This document shows, piece after piece, positions 11,901 to 24,380 of a DNA stretch of 64,000 bases. Source of the stretch: Setoptus koraiensis (taxonomy: Eukaryota > Animalia > Arthropoda). The first letter of the stretch is position 1. Every line of letters begins with the position of its first letter. Both the position numbers and the translations under genes were made by a program. The stretch is from the NCBI GenBank assembly GCA_048013815.1, contig CM106585.1, positions 9,548,001 to 9,612,000 of the forward strand, given 5' to 3'. The notes under the pieces were generated by a model. That model saw only the letters and a program-made list of their open reading frames with translations, did no database searches and was not told the origin of the DNA.

Positions 11901-12191
11901 GCAGCGGCCCGCCAGACCGACACGCATGCAATCGAGAACAGATTAATGGCGCACAACAAATATAGTAATGAGATCAGTAGATAATGGCCGGCTCGCCACA
12001 TCACGCCGGCCGACACTATTAACTCATCGCTCGTCTCTCGAACGCCCTCGGACCACTTGTCAGACAAGTGGACAAAAGCGGGAAAAACGCGCAACCAACT
12101 AACCAACAACACCAACTAACCAGCGTTTTTCTCTCTCTCTCTCTCTCCCTGTCTACCCCTCACGCCCGTGATTGTTTATTGCCGCCACCAG

Positions 12192-12269
12192 GTACGCACT
12201 TTATTTGTCAGCGGTCTGCCCATGGACGCAAAACCGCGCGAACTCTACCTACTGTTCAGAGCCTACAAG
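12192..12269 (+). CDS. cpo: couch potato RRM exon [26 protein letters not shown]
   Basis: Near-identity to the Cpo/RBPMS RRM start. CCAG acceptor, AAG|GTAAGC donor, ACTAAC at 12098 and 12115, (CT)n tract 12126-12160. Confidence 0.97.
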
Positions 12270-15200
12270 GTAAGCTACAACATCAACATCAGACGGGCTG
12301 TCACTAATTGTTTTGCTCCAGTTATCTAATTGCGCCTCTCATTGCGCCTCGCGTTTAGTTTCGTGGCCGCATTTCGGCCCCCTCAATCTTGTCTATTTAA
12401 TCATTTTGCCAGTTTCGTGTGTCCGTCTGGCCAATCGCGCCAGACAGACCGAGAAGGCAAATGAGAACGGTCGCTCGGTCGCTAACCGCAACGCCGACGA
12501 TTAACCCAACGACAGGCCCTCGCATGGTGAAATGCGAAATCGAGTCGGCTCGCCATCGAGTCGCGACATTTATGTTTGCAAATGTGTGTGTATTTTGTGA
12601 CCCGCTAGAGCCATTTATACTGAGACCAGTGCCAAATGTTCCGAGGCCCGAGCCAAACATACTGGGGCCAGAGAGAAGGAGTGCTTTTTTGCACAGCGTT
12701 CAGAGTGAATCGCTCGTTTGTTTGTATATTCCCTATATGTTGGCACGCTACACACTCTTATAGGGATGAGTGCGGTGGCTCGATCGAACAACAACCTGCA
12801 GCGAGCAAATTCAAAACACGAGCCACGCTGCAGGCTTGGTGTGCGGGGCCCACTTGGCTGAGCCGAGCTGGCCCGAGTCGAGCCTTGAGCCAAGCGCCAG
12901 GCACCGAGCAGCGAGTGGCTATTTACTGATGCATTAATGGGAGGGAGCCTCTCTTCGCCGACGCGTCCAACAATATATGCAGTGGCGCGCTTGCTGCTGC
13001 TGCGAACGGGCACCAAACCATTACAATTGGTCTGGCAGATCAATTATAATCTCGCTGTTGAGCTTATATCGCGCTAATATAGCTTGCTAGATATCAGAGG
13101 TAAATCATGTTAGTGTTTACTATCGGACAACAGCAACGGCAACAACAGCAGCACCGACAACAACAGCAACAACAACAGCGTCAACAACAGCGTCAACAAC
13201 AGCGACAACAACAACAACAATCGTCTTGCACTTCGATTATAATGCCATGATCGGGCACGATCTATGCTGGCTCGCTCGCAAAATGGGCCCGCCGTTCGCT
13301 AACACATGAACGACTTTGATTGCCAGCCGCGCTGAATGGGCCGGTCTGGCCCCAGATCGGGCCCGACTGGTGGTGGCGTCACTGAAGACGACGACCACTT
13401 TTGTGCATTGTCATTATAGAAGTGATTTCATTTGTATTCTGCTCTGTGCCACCGCTAAATACTACAACACTCGACTGACAGAACGGCGCCGCTAAAACGA
13501 CAACAAGAGATGTATTCCATTCTACTCGATGCCCGACTAGCCGGCCATCCGACTGTACGACTGTTCGAGTGTCCGACTGTTCGACAGTCCAAGTGCGCCG
13601 GCCCTATCTATTGAAATTTTTCTCTCGCCGCCATCCGCGGCGGCCATTGTCTTGTCGTTTTGTCGTTGGCTAGTTGTCCGCTGCCCGCGTCCGATACTTA
13701 CGCCGCTATCGATCACAAGCGCCCCACGAGCGCGCCCACACACACATCACATTCGTTTGCTATCTAAGCTTGTTCGATATCCTTTGCAAATCCGCTTATT
13801 TGGGCGCCCGCTATCTCGCCCACTTGGAGATATGACTGGACGGTTGGCATTAAGACGACAGGACAGCGAGCCCTAATAAATTCCAGCAAATACACATTAG
13901 ATCACGCCTAATTGAGCCCAATCTCTTTTATCATTGCAACGCTACCGGAGGCGCGTTCGCGGCCACCGGGCCTACAACCCGGTGCGACGCCACAGGCCAG
14001 TGCTGTGTGGATGTCTCGGGCCCCACTAGCAAGGCTAGCCAGAGAACAGGCTAGACAGCGGGGGCGACTACAGCGACAAATTAGAATAGTTATGAGCCGC
14101 GAGTCCAGGCATTCGGCGAATTTGTCTCCAGTTGCAAGCAGATAGCTCAATGCATTGCAGCATTGAGCATGCAGCCCAATGAGGGCACCGTTGCAGCCTC
14201 GGGGGCCCCCAACCATGGGCCGGCTTTTTGGCAACGAGCCAAACCAAAACGACAACTTGACTCCGTTTCCGAGCAGCCTATTATATTTGCTGGGCTTTGC
14301 CATTCGTGCCCAATCCAAATTCGATCCGGTCGACATGGTGCCCGTCAGCGGTGATGCCCTCGGACTCTGGCGGACAAGTGCACACCGGCGGCGCGCCTGA
14401 CCTTCGTGGTGGCGCAACGCAAAAATAAAATCAAACCATGACACTGGCGGGGCCCGGCGAACATCGAGCCACCTGGCGGACACGATAACTCGTTGGCAAG
14501 GGGGCCAAGCGTTTATATTATCGTTGTCGACAGTAATCATTTCGCTGCATTGTTCGCGGCCTGGCCTTCAGCAACTGGCTCGGCTTTCGTGCTGGCGAAC
14601 CATTAGCGTCGCATCACCAGCTTTTTCATTTGGCAGTCCATCAGTCAGTTTTCATTTGCGAGGCCAGCGCGGCTTCGAATCTGCGAATTGCAAGATTCGA
14701 AATTCGAATTGATTGAGAATTGCAAAATTCTAATCGATTGAGGACTGTCCAAAGTAGCTGCCCGATTTCGTCAACTGCCCCCACCGGGCCCCCTCAACAA
14801 GGTACCGTTATCCAGAGACTAGTGCTGTCATACTGCGGCTGTTGAGACTTTGATATTCTCACAGTGTGTGTGTGTGTGAGGCGCAAGACGACTTGTGCCG
14901 GCAGAAACGGACGGGCCCAGATTTCATTGTGTGCCGAAACTAATCATAGCCTCGGCGGTAATGGGGTCCACAGCTCGCCATTGCCAATAGCGGACTTAGC
15001 GGCGGGCGCCGATCGCAACAACAGATGGCTCGCACGTACTCGTGTGCTCAGTGCGCGCCAATTGGCTCGGCGCACCGGGAGCCCCAATTCCTGTCGGGTC
15101 GCCGGCGAGCGAGAGTTGCAACAGCGCAGTGATACTTGCTGTAGGATACAACGGGCGCGAGGGGATGATACCAATCAAGTCGTATTAGTCGGCGGCTTGC

Positions 15201-16365
15201 CAGGCGGGGCCGTGCGAACACACAGCTGACCATGTGTTAATGGGCGACCGGGCCACTGGGCAAATTGGGCGAATTGGGGCCTCCCATTGTCACTGTGCGC
15301 TACTATCGATCGTTTTGCCATACTTCAACATCTGTCCGATGCTTGTCGTGTCGACTCAGCATCAACTGAGCGACCTGCTCAGTTGATCCGGCATCCGTTA
15401 TTGTGGCGCCCGCTAGCCACGCGGGTGCGTTATAGTAAAGCGTCTAAGATTATGTAACTTGTGGCCCGGCGGTGTTTTCACCTGAGAGCGCGCCGTGGGG
15501 TTTTGCGAGCGCGCCCAGCCAGGACCCGCTAATTGAATACTCTGTCGCTGGTCGGTTATCATCGTGATTGCGCAACAATAACAGCGGCAGCGCGGCAAGT
15601 AATTTAGCATTTATCTCGATGTCGATGATTCGACAATCTCGTCCGGCCCACCTGGCCAGTATCACAGAATCAGCAGTATCACAGTTTTGCCTTTACGGAC
15701 AGACAGATAGCGAGCGATAGATTAAGAGACGACGACAGCAACAACAACAACAACAACAACAACAATTTTATTATAATGCCCACCCACTGCTGTCATGCGA
15801 GCCAGCGCTGGCTGCTAAAATCAAATAATGGGGCCCCTATTCACAGCGCCGGCTATCGCTGGCCCACTTTGTGCGAGCAACATTGTCGTGCCAGCGATAG
15901 TTGGAGCCTAATTAAGGCCAACATCGTGAGGGGCGCGCGCGGGTGCCCCCGCTGCGCTGTTTCTGGTGCCAGCGGCGAGGCAATGTTATTCTTGTCATAC
16001 AACGTGACTTCTCCTGGTTCCATATTCGCTTCCAAGAAGCCGCTACTGTGTGCGCCGCTGCCGTCTTATTACTACTATTATTATCTGTCGCTGTGTCTTG
16101 GTCGCTGCCGGCGAGGCCCGAGCGAGCGAGCGAGGGGCCCCGCTGCCCCCCGGGTAGTTTGTCAGTAATGTCGTCAATAAATAGTAGTTTGCAGTTGCGT
16201 CATAACCCTTTTGACCTTTATTATTTGGTGGCCTGAGATAAAAGTTTAGTATAAACACACTGGCGCCACAGCAGTGCTGACAATGGCGCAAAATAACACA
16301 CAGCGCTCGCCAAGCAACGTTATTGCGCAACGTAGCGGCGGCGGGGCCCTCGTAGCCCATCACAG

Positions 16366-16393
16366 ACACACACACACACACACACACACACAC
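16366..16393. repeat. (AC)14 microsatellite
   Basis: Direct reading. Confidence 0.95.
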
Positions 16394-19300
16394 TGGCTGT
16401 GACAGTCGCCCGCTCCTCGCCGAGAGATAATACATTATCTCTGGCATGTAGGCCCGCTCTGACGGGCTCTGACGCGAGCCGGAGCCTCAAGTGACTCTCA
16501 ACCGGGCGCGCTGTTTGTGTGCGCCTCGTCTGGATACAGCTCTCAGATACAGGTGAGGCGAACATTGTGCCAGACATTGTAAACAGGCGTAGAAGGGTTG
16601 CCGAGCTAAGCTGCACGAGCACGCACAGCGACCGACCCACGACAACGACGACAACAACAACAAAAGAAGCGAAGCCAACAATATCCATCTGGCAACGCGA
16701 GCGCGATCTTGCCAAGCGAGCGCGATCTTGCCAAGCGAGCGAGATGTTGCAACGCAGCGAGCGAGTTGCACCAAGGTGAGATGCTTCTCGTTACGTCATC
16801 CCCCTCCCCCCCGCCCGCTCCCTCATTCCGGCTGCAGCAGCCGAGCAGGCGTGTCCAGCCAAGTGCGACGAAGGCGCAATAATGTCACCCTAATGTCACC
16901 TGCGCTACTTATGCAACTACGCCAGGCGCTGTAGCTGCTCGATAACGATCACGGTGTCTGGTCGGGCGACCGAGAATAATATTAATTATATGCAAATCGT
17001 ATGTGTGCGCCATTGCCATGGCACGTCGTGTTCATCCAGCGACAGCATTCTTGTGTCAATATAAAAATTGCATTAAATACCGACTGCACTGATAAAACAA
17101 TTTGAATATTCAAACTATTATTCGGCTCACCTTTATTCGATTTACAAATCTATTTGCGCCCCGTGCGTCTAGCCGGCGCCCGGCTGCGGGATCACGCCGG
17201 CCAATTGTTACTTATTTCGTTTGTTTGTCATTTCGTTTTCGAATGCGCCCGCAACAACGAGACAACTCTCTCTCTCTCCAGTGTGGCGCGCGATTCGCGG
17301 GGCCCCAACGGAACCCGACGAAGCCCAATGAAGCACGATCGGGGCGCCGCTGGCGACGGCGACACGCGCACAAATCACCGAGCGCTGATCGTTGATCGCT
17401 AATCACTAATCACGGGCCGACGACCATCGATCACTGGCTGCCATAAATAAACATTTGGCCCATTGGCGCCCCCGGCCTGGCCAACTGGCAAACAATTGAC
17501 TCTGGGCCAGTCGCATAATCAAATTCTTGTGCTAGCGCACACGCCAACGGGCGCCCCCCATCCGCTTTTTTGCGCCCTCGCCAGCGCTCTATCTAATTAT
17601 AATCTGGCCCCATTGTCAGTGTGCACGCGCGCCCCCAACTTCAACTTGCGAGAGTGTCGTTCGCGGCGGCCAGCATTTTAAAGTAGCCAGCTTAATTATT
17701 TGCTTTGTTTGCTGGCGCCGTGTTCGTTCATTAGCCGGCGCTGAAATGGATCCTCGTCGGCCGACCGATCGCCGGCAAACGCTGCGCGCATTTGCCGCGC
17801 TGCCGTATGGAAATCGCATCGCGCACGACGACGCTGTCCGTCCAGGGGCCCCATTTGCGCAATCGGGCTCGCAGCGCCACTCACCTGCGCTGCTTTGTGT
17901 GTCGCTGATGAGCGCTGCCCGCCGCCAATGGCCGGCCCATTATCAGTGGCGCCAATCTGGTGGCCGGGCGGGCGTTGTTGGCGCGACCTTATCGCAACGC
18001 TATTTTTGTCGTCCGGCGCAAAAATAGCGCCAGCCCAAAAAGTAATAACATTTCAATTATAATAGCAGCGAGCCAGTCAGCCGGCCGGCCGGCCAGCCAG
18101 CCAGCGGGTGCGCGCCGATCGCCTGGGCACAATTTTGGCAATTTTCAGTTTTCTTGGGCGCGCGCCATCGGCCCTCGTTCTTGGGGGACCCAGTGGCGCG
18201 AATTTGTGGCAAATCTGCGAATGGGCCGCCAGGCTTGGGGTGGGTTTATTGCTCGGTTGCGGCAGCCGGCCGCAAAAGCAGACAATTGCTGGCTTGTTAT
18301 TACTGGTGCCGGCGGCGAGCATTCAGGCCGCTAGGTCTACAGGCGGTCGCCTAAATGCTCGCGTCGGTGTATATGCAACGCGGGCTGCCGAGCCACACAA
18401 TCAATTTATCATTTGATGCGCCCATCTTTTTCCAGACATTTCTATTTGTGCTTTTCTGCCACTTTTCTATTAACATCACAATCACACAAACATAACTTTT
18501 CGCTAAGGACCTAGGGTCGTTGGCGCACTCACTCAAGTCGACGCAAGTTGCGTCATATCGCAGCCTGTGTGATATAACAACTTTTGTGTGTGTATATGTG
18601 TATCTAATGGGTGCGCGGCCGGCCGGCCAGCCAGTTAGCTTGCGCCATTGGATACGCCACTGGCATTGTGTTGTGTGCGGGCCCCGGCGGCCTGACATTG
18701 TGGCGCGCGTTACGTAACGCGTATAACGGGCCCCACACGCCAGCGTTGGCCAACATGCGAGCGTCGCCAGGCTTGCGGCCATGATTATTCTTTGCGTGTC
18801 TATTTATTGTTCGCTGGCGCTGGCTGTGGCAGCAGCGGCAGCAATTTCTGGCAGCAATTTCTGGCAGCAAGGGTTGCGAGGCGCGCGGTCTAACGGTCCG
18901 GCGGGCCGGCTGGCTCGCTGGCACTCCATCCGAGCATGAAAATTCCTATCAAGCTGGCAGCGCCGTCTAGGTAGGTGTGCCCCGTCGGATAATTCCGCTG
19001 TGCGTTGGTGTTTTTGGGCACCGTCTAACAGACAGACAGACAGATTCTTGCATCTTTCAATTTGTGTGCACAACAGCAACAACTGCGGCAACAACAACGG
19101 CAACAACAACAACAAGAGCAACAGCAAGAGCAACAACAACAACAACGGCACCGGCCAGGCGGATATCGCACAGATTGCAAATGGCACACATACACACGGT
19201 GCGATATTTATTCATACTCGGCGCCCTATTATGGGCATTGTGTTTCGCATGTATGCAAACCAGCGCACCCATGAATATCCCGCCAATATCTGCCCAATGT

Positions 19301-20770
19301 CCGCCCAACGTGTGCCCGATGCCTGGCCAATATCTGGCCAGCATCTCGCCGCAGCAAGCGTGCATTGCTGCGCCAGAGCCGCATCATGTTCGACAAATAT
19401 CCAGTCCGGCCTCAAAAAGAGCAGCGCCCCAAAGCGGGGCCCCATTGTGCTGCAACGATTGTAGTGGCGCGGCTTGCTTGTCGGCAGCACTGCAAGACGT
19501 GACTATAGGGCCAACTGTTTGCTGGCCGGGGCCGTTTTCAAATGAAAAACACTGCCATAATAATAGATGAAAAAGTTGCCAAGATAAATCTGATCTTTCA
19601 CAGTATCATTGGCACACACACACACGCACAGTTGTTGTTATAATATATATAATAGTTGCTGCGCCGGGCACAACAACAATGCATTTCGAATCATCGCCGC
19701 CATTTGTTGGCGCTCCATCTAATAGCACCCCCCGGGCCGATAAGGCTTCACCGGGCGCCCGCCAACCGGCCTATCAATTACTGGGGCGTGTCCGCGTGTC
19801 CGCGCCTCTTCCGCAAGGGGCCGCTCGCTGGCCCACCAACCAACAAAGATCGAGTCCAATCAAAAAAAAAACTAGATCGCTGGTGCAATATTGCAGCCAC
19901 TTGGCCAGCCCAGTTTGGTTAGTTGCCAGTTTTTAGCTGCGACACCCAGCAAGATCTAATTGGCCGCCAGGTGTATGTATGGTGAGCCAATACATTATCA
20001 TTAATGGCGGCCATTTTAATTTCTCGTCGCTTGTGTCTGCCGGACAGCGGTCGTGGCGAGCTTTGCAATCTTGGACAGGGGCCCCTGTCGGCCCCACTGG
20101 CCATGCTTGGCGCACATTGTTGGCCGTGGTGCGGCGTTTATTGCGCTCGTGCGTGTGTGTGTTGCGTATCCTGCGACGACAATTCTTCGATTGACAGATG
20201 AGATAAAGTTGGCAAATTATCGGGCATTTGGCAGCGCGAAAAATGGCCAGCGAGCGCCACCAATATTATCACCAGCCAATATCTTTGTGCGTCGGGCATC
20301 GCATCGCGGGCATTGTCGACAGAGCGAGAGCGGGTCACATCGGCCCGATATTGTCGGCTCGATATTGTCCGCTGGATATTGTCCGCTGGATATTGTCGGT
20401 TGTTGGCGTTTCGGGCAAACAGCATCGCCCGTTAGGTGAGCGCCGGCCTCGGCTACACGGGCTACACGGGCGACGCGGGCGACACGGGCCACATCGGGCA
20501 GCCCGAGATGATTGTTATTGTCTCATTCTTGTCGTCGCAAATTTCGATTGTCGCCAGCGGAGGAGCCGAGCCGACAGTTGCGAGTCGCCGGCGCCCCCAC
20601 TCATATCGACTGACATAACTGGCATGTTGCGACACGCCAGCCAGATTAACGGAGCGAGCGAATGTTGAAAAGAAAAAGCGAAGCCCGCGCTCGGTATTGC
20701 GCATTACGTTGCGTACGACCAAGTTGTTGGCCTGTTCGCCGACGAGTCGGCGAGCCAAGGAGGCGAGCGG

Positions 20771-20887
20771 GCGAACGGACAAAGAAGCGAACGGGCAAAG
20801 AAGCGAACGGGCAAAGAGGCGAACGGGCAAAGAGGCGAACGGGCAAAGAGGCGAACGGGCAAAGAAGCGAACGGGCAAAGAGGCGAA
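20771..20887. repeat. Minisatellite, 16-bp unit GCGAACGGGCAAAGAR x7
   Basis: Units at 20771, 20787, 20803, 20819, 20835, 20851 and 20867. Confidence 0.95.
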
Positions 20888-22588
20888 GAAGCGCCGAAAA
20901 AAGCGCGCACCTCCGCCGGTGTCCATAACAAAGAGCCGTTATTTCCGTTATTTCTCCTTCATCTCGCCTCATGGGTGCACTGGCGCTGGTTGTCGTTGTT
21001 GTTGTTGTCGGTGCTGTCAGTGTTGCCCCCTCGCGCTCGCTGCTTACAGAGCTCGCCCTGGCAGCTCTGTAAACAAGCAGCGTAACACAACAATAACGCG
21101 CTGATAATATCTAGATGATTCACAGGCATCTAGATAACGGCAGCCTGTTCTTCGGCTTGCGCGGCTCGCATCGGCCCACTGGCGAGCTGGCGAGCCGACC
21201 GAGCGCGGGGCCCCCGAACGCGCTCGCTGTCTGAGTGCTCGTCTGCTCGTCGGCGGGCAACACGCCGAAAGTCACACCCAGCCAGCGGCTAGCGGGCCCG
21301 ACTCGTGACCGGCCAGCGGCCGGCTAAGCCAGCTAACGGCCAAAGCAACAACGACAACCACGACAACGACAACGACAGCCACTACAACCGCGACACAGGT
21401 TCGCAGTTGAGCCATTTTTAGTGCTGTTGTCATCTCGCCAGACTATCCAACTATAACTCAAATTTTAGCTCGCGCCGCTTGACCTCAAATCGCTGGTAAA
21501 TAACTGGGCACGCGCCGGACAACAGTGGACAGGCTGGCAAAAATGGCCTGCACACTGTGCTTATCTGGCCGCCGCCGCCGCTCTGTTTACCTTGCTCTTG
21601 TCCGGCTTCGGCCGCTGCCACGTTGTCGCTGGGTTGCGTCATAATGGCAGCGGCCGGCATTAGCGTTAAAAGTGCACAAGTAATGTCGCGTCGTACAAGG
21701 TGTTGTTTGCTGCGCGCGATACATAACAACGGTCCAGCGTTTATCTGCCCGCCAGACTTATATTGTCTTCTCTGTGTGTTGTGTCACTAATCCCATTTTA
21801 CTCTATTATTGAGCGGCCCGTTTCGTGCCACTGGCCGGCCCGTGCGCCCACCAGTGGCCGCTTTGTTGCGTAAGCCCGGCCATTTGGCCCGACGGGCCGC
21901 TCGTTGGCCATTTGGCGCCCGTTCAGCAAGGCGCGGCTCACTAATGAAAGCACTTTGCCAGCCCCCACCAACAGCTACCTGGTGCCCGTTTGTGGCGCTG
22001 CGATCGCAGTTGTGTGTCAATTGTCTGTTTGTCCATTTAATCTACTTTGCGCTAGCGCGCCGACTGAATCACTACTACTTCCGCTTGAATGGTGCCCTTG
22101 TGCGGCTCGGCCGGCGCAAGTAATTTATTGTGGGCTCTCCCTCTCGCTATGATTTGCGTTTGTTTGTGCGGCGCCCCATTATCCAGCCACGAGCTGGCCA
22201 CCAACAAACTGGTGGCCAGCGATGGGGCCCCAATCACGCGATTGCGACCGCTCGCTGACAAGCGCCAATATCCAGCGATCCGGCGCATATCGCCAATGCT
22301 AGCCGGCGCATATCGTCAGCGAAATGACGCCGTCTCGCGCCGGATCGTCGCTGCTTGTTCATGCTGTTTGCTGCATGATGAGGCATGTTGAGGCATGTTG
22401 AGGCTGGCCAAATCTCGCTCAAGATTTGTCCATGTTTATGGGGCCGCGCTCATGAACACGCCGGACACACAAACACAGAGGGAAAACATTATTTTCGCCG
22501 GGGCCACTTTATTAATATTATTCGAGCGAACGGGCGAGGAATTATTAATAATAACTGGCCGGGATGCTGGCGCGGGACGCGCTCGCCG

Positions 22589-22668
22589 TGAAATATCCGC
22601 GCCATGGAATATCCGCGCCATGGAATATCCGCGCCATGGAATATCCGCGCTGTGGAATATCCGCGCCC
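22589..22668. repeat. Minisatellite, 16-bp unit TGGAATATCCGCGCCA x5
   Basis: Direct reading. Confidence 0.95.
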
Positions 22669-24312
22669 TGATTGGGCGGACGGCGCGGCGCTGCGTCTAC
22701 ATTAGATTAGCATCTAATTTAAATGATTGCGTGCCTCAAATTGCGTGCCACCTCCGCTCAAGTGCGACTTGCCGCTCGCCGGGCACCAGTTTCAATCCGA
22801 TGGCGTGCAATTAATGTCGCTGGCCGGCGCAAACTTGTCGTGGCGCTACATACAGTTGTACATGCGGCGTTGTACATGTATGCGGTCCGGTCCGGTCCGG
22901 CCCGGCCCGCTCTTAATTTCTGGCCGGCCAGACGGCGTGCGGCAAAAATTAACGAGGCTCTCGACGGGCTCGTTGGCCCGTTAATTTCGTTTCGCGGGCG
23001 AGCGGCTCGCCTAACGAGCCTGCCACTGGCATGCCGCACAGTGCATCATTGTGCTGATTGCAGCCGGGCCAATTGTTGTAGTTGTTGCGGCCGCGATATC
23101 TGTGCCGCCGCCGGCCGGCCGCAATGGCCATCACGAAATTGGCCAAGTGGTCTCGCCAAGTGGGGCCCCCATTGAATGTGTCGCCCGCGAGTTTGCAATT
23201 TGCCAGATTAGAATCGGCCCACAGCGAGCGTCTTGCCCAATTTAACGCCAAACTTTGCGTGGCCCGCCGACGAGCTGTCAGCCGACCAACTGGCGGCCCG
23301 ACGGCCGACGTCTCGACGGCCCGACGGCCCGACGACTCGACGGCCCGACTGCTCGACGGCCATACGACAAGACTAGCGGCCCAGTGACGCAATTGTGCGC
23401 ACAACCATGGCACCTGGTGCCTGCAAAATGCAATTTTCGTGTTTGGGCCCGGCGCGAGCGCGTCTGGCTCGACGCAAATTTGTGCGTCAGTCAGTTTTGT
23501 CAGCGAACGCTCGAGCGACGTCGCTGGGGCCCCATCGACGTCGCGCGCCTCGGATCATCGGGCCGTCGAGAGTCGGGCCATCGAGAGTCGAGCCGTCGAG
23601 AGTCGGGCCGGCACGCCAATTGCGGTCGGCCGGCGGCCGACCAACAGGGACACACAGGGCAACGCGAGTTGGTGTCGGGCCGGCGCAGAAAGCAATCGGG
23701 TGCGTTCGCCGACAAAACTGTGCGACAAAGCTGTGCGGCCCGCGCCACTTGTCCCGTGCTGGCGTGTCAGTTGGCCCCCGCACACAAGTGACTAAACTTA
23801 CAAGCTCTCCGGGGTGCGTTGCAATATATTATCGCGCGCCGCGCGCCAAGCGGCACGGAGCGCGCGCTCGTGCGACAGGTACGTGTTAGGCGCGCCGCGC
23901 GACAAGCGAGTTGCAAGATTGTTTCTGTCGTCGTGTCGGCGTTGTTGTGGCAAGTGCAAGCCACTCTCCATGCATAATCACTTGCGCGTGCATATCATTT
24001 TTATTTCGGCCATTATTAAGGTTGCTCGGACACCTCTCGTGCAGGCGGCGGCTATTATTAAATGGAATGTATATGGTAATGTGGCTGGCGCGCTGTTTGC
24101 GCCACGAGCAGCACGGGCAGCGCGAGCAACGCGACAGCACGCGCAAACTGGCCGCCGCCACGCGCACTCAGCTGTTACGTCGGGTGCCGCTGGGCGTTGC
24201 ACGCGCTAGCTTGGCGCGCGCAGCGCGTGCTGTTGAGACCCTGGCCTGCCCAACGTACTTTACAGTGCACGGTTACATTCGTGCGGCGCTACAATGTGAC
24301 CGTTGCGCTGGC

Positions 24313-24380
24313 TGTCGGCCGCTGGTCGCGGGTGTCGGCCGTCTGGTCGCGGGTGTCGGCCGTCTGGTCGCGGGTGTCGG
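24313..24380. repeat. Minisatellite, 21-bp unit CTGGTCGCGGGTGTCGGCCGT x3
   Basis: Direct reading. Confidence 0.9.

Noticed and set aside
16519-16779. ORF ending at AG|GTGAGA as a possible alternative cpo exon
   Set aside because: It would interrupt the RRM, has no similarity to known sequence, and is largely repeat-derived.
18200-18220. EFVANLR peptide resembling the LFVANLG second RRM-like motif
   Set aside because: It lies upstream of the first RRM's later exons, with no flanking similarity or splice sites.
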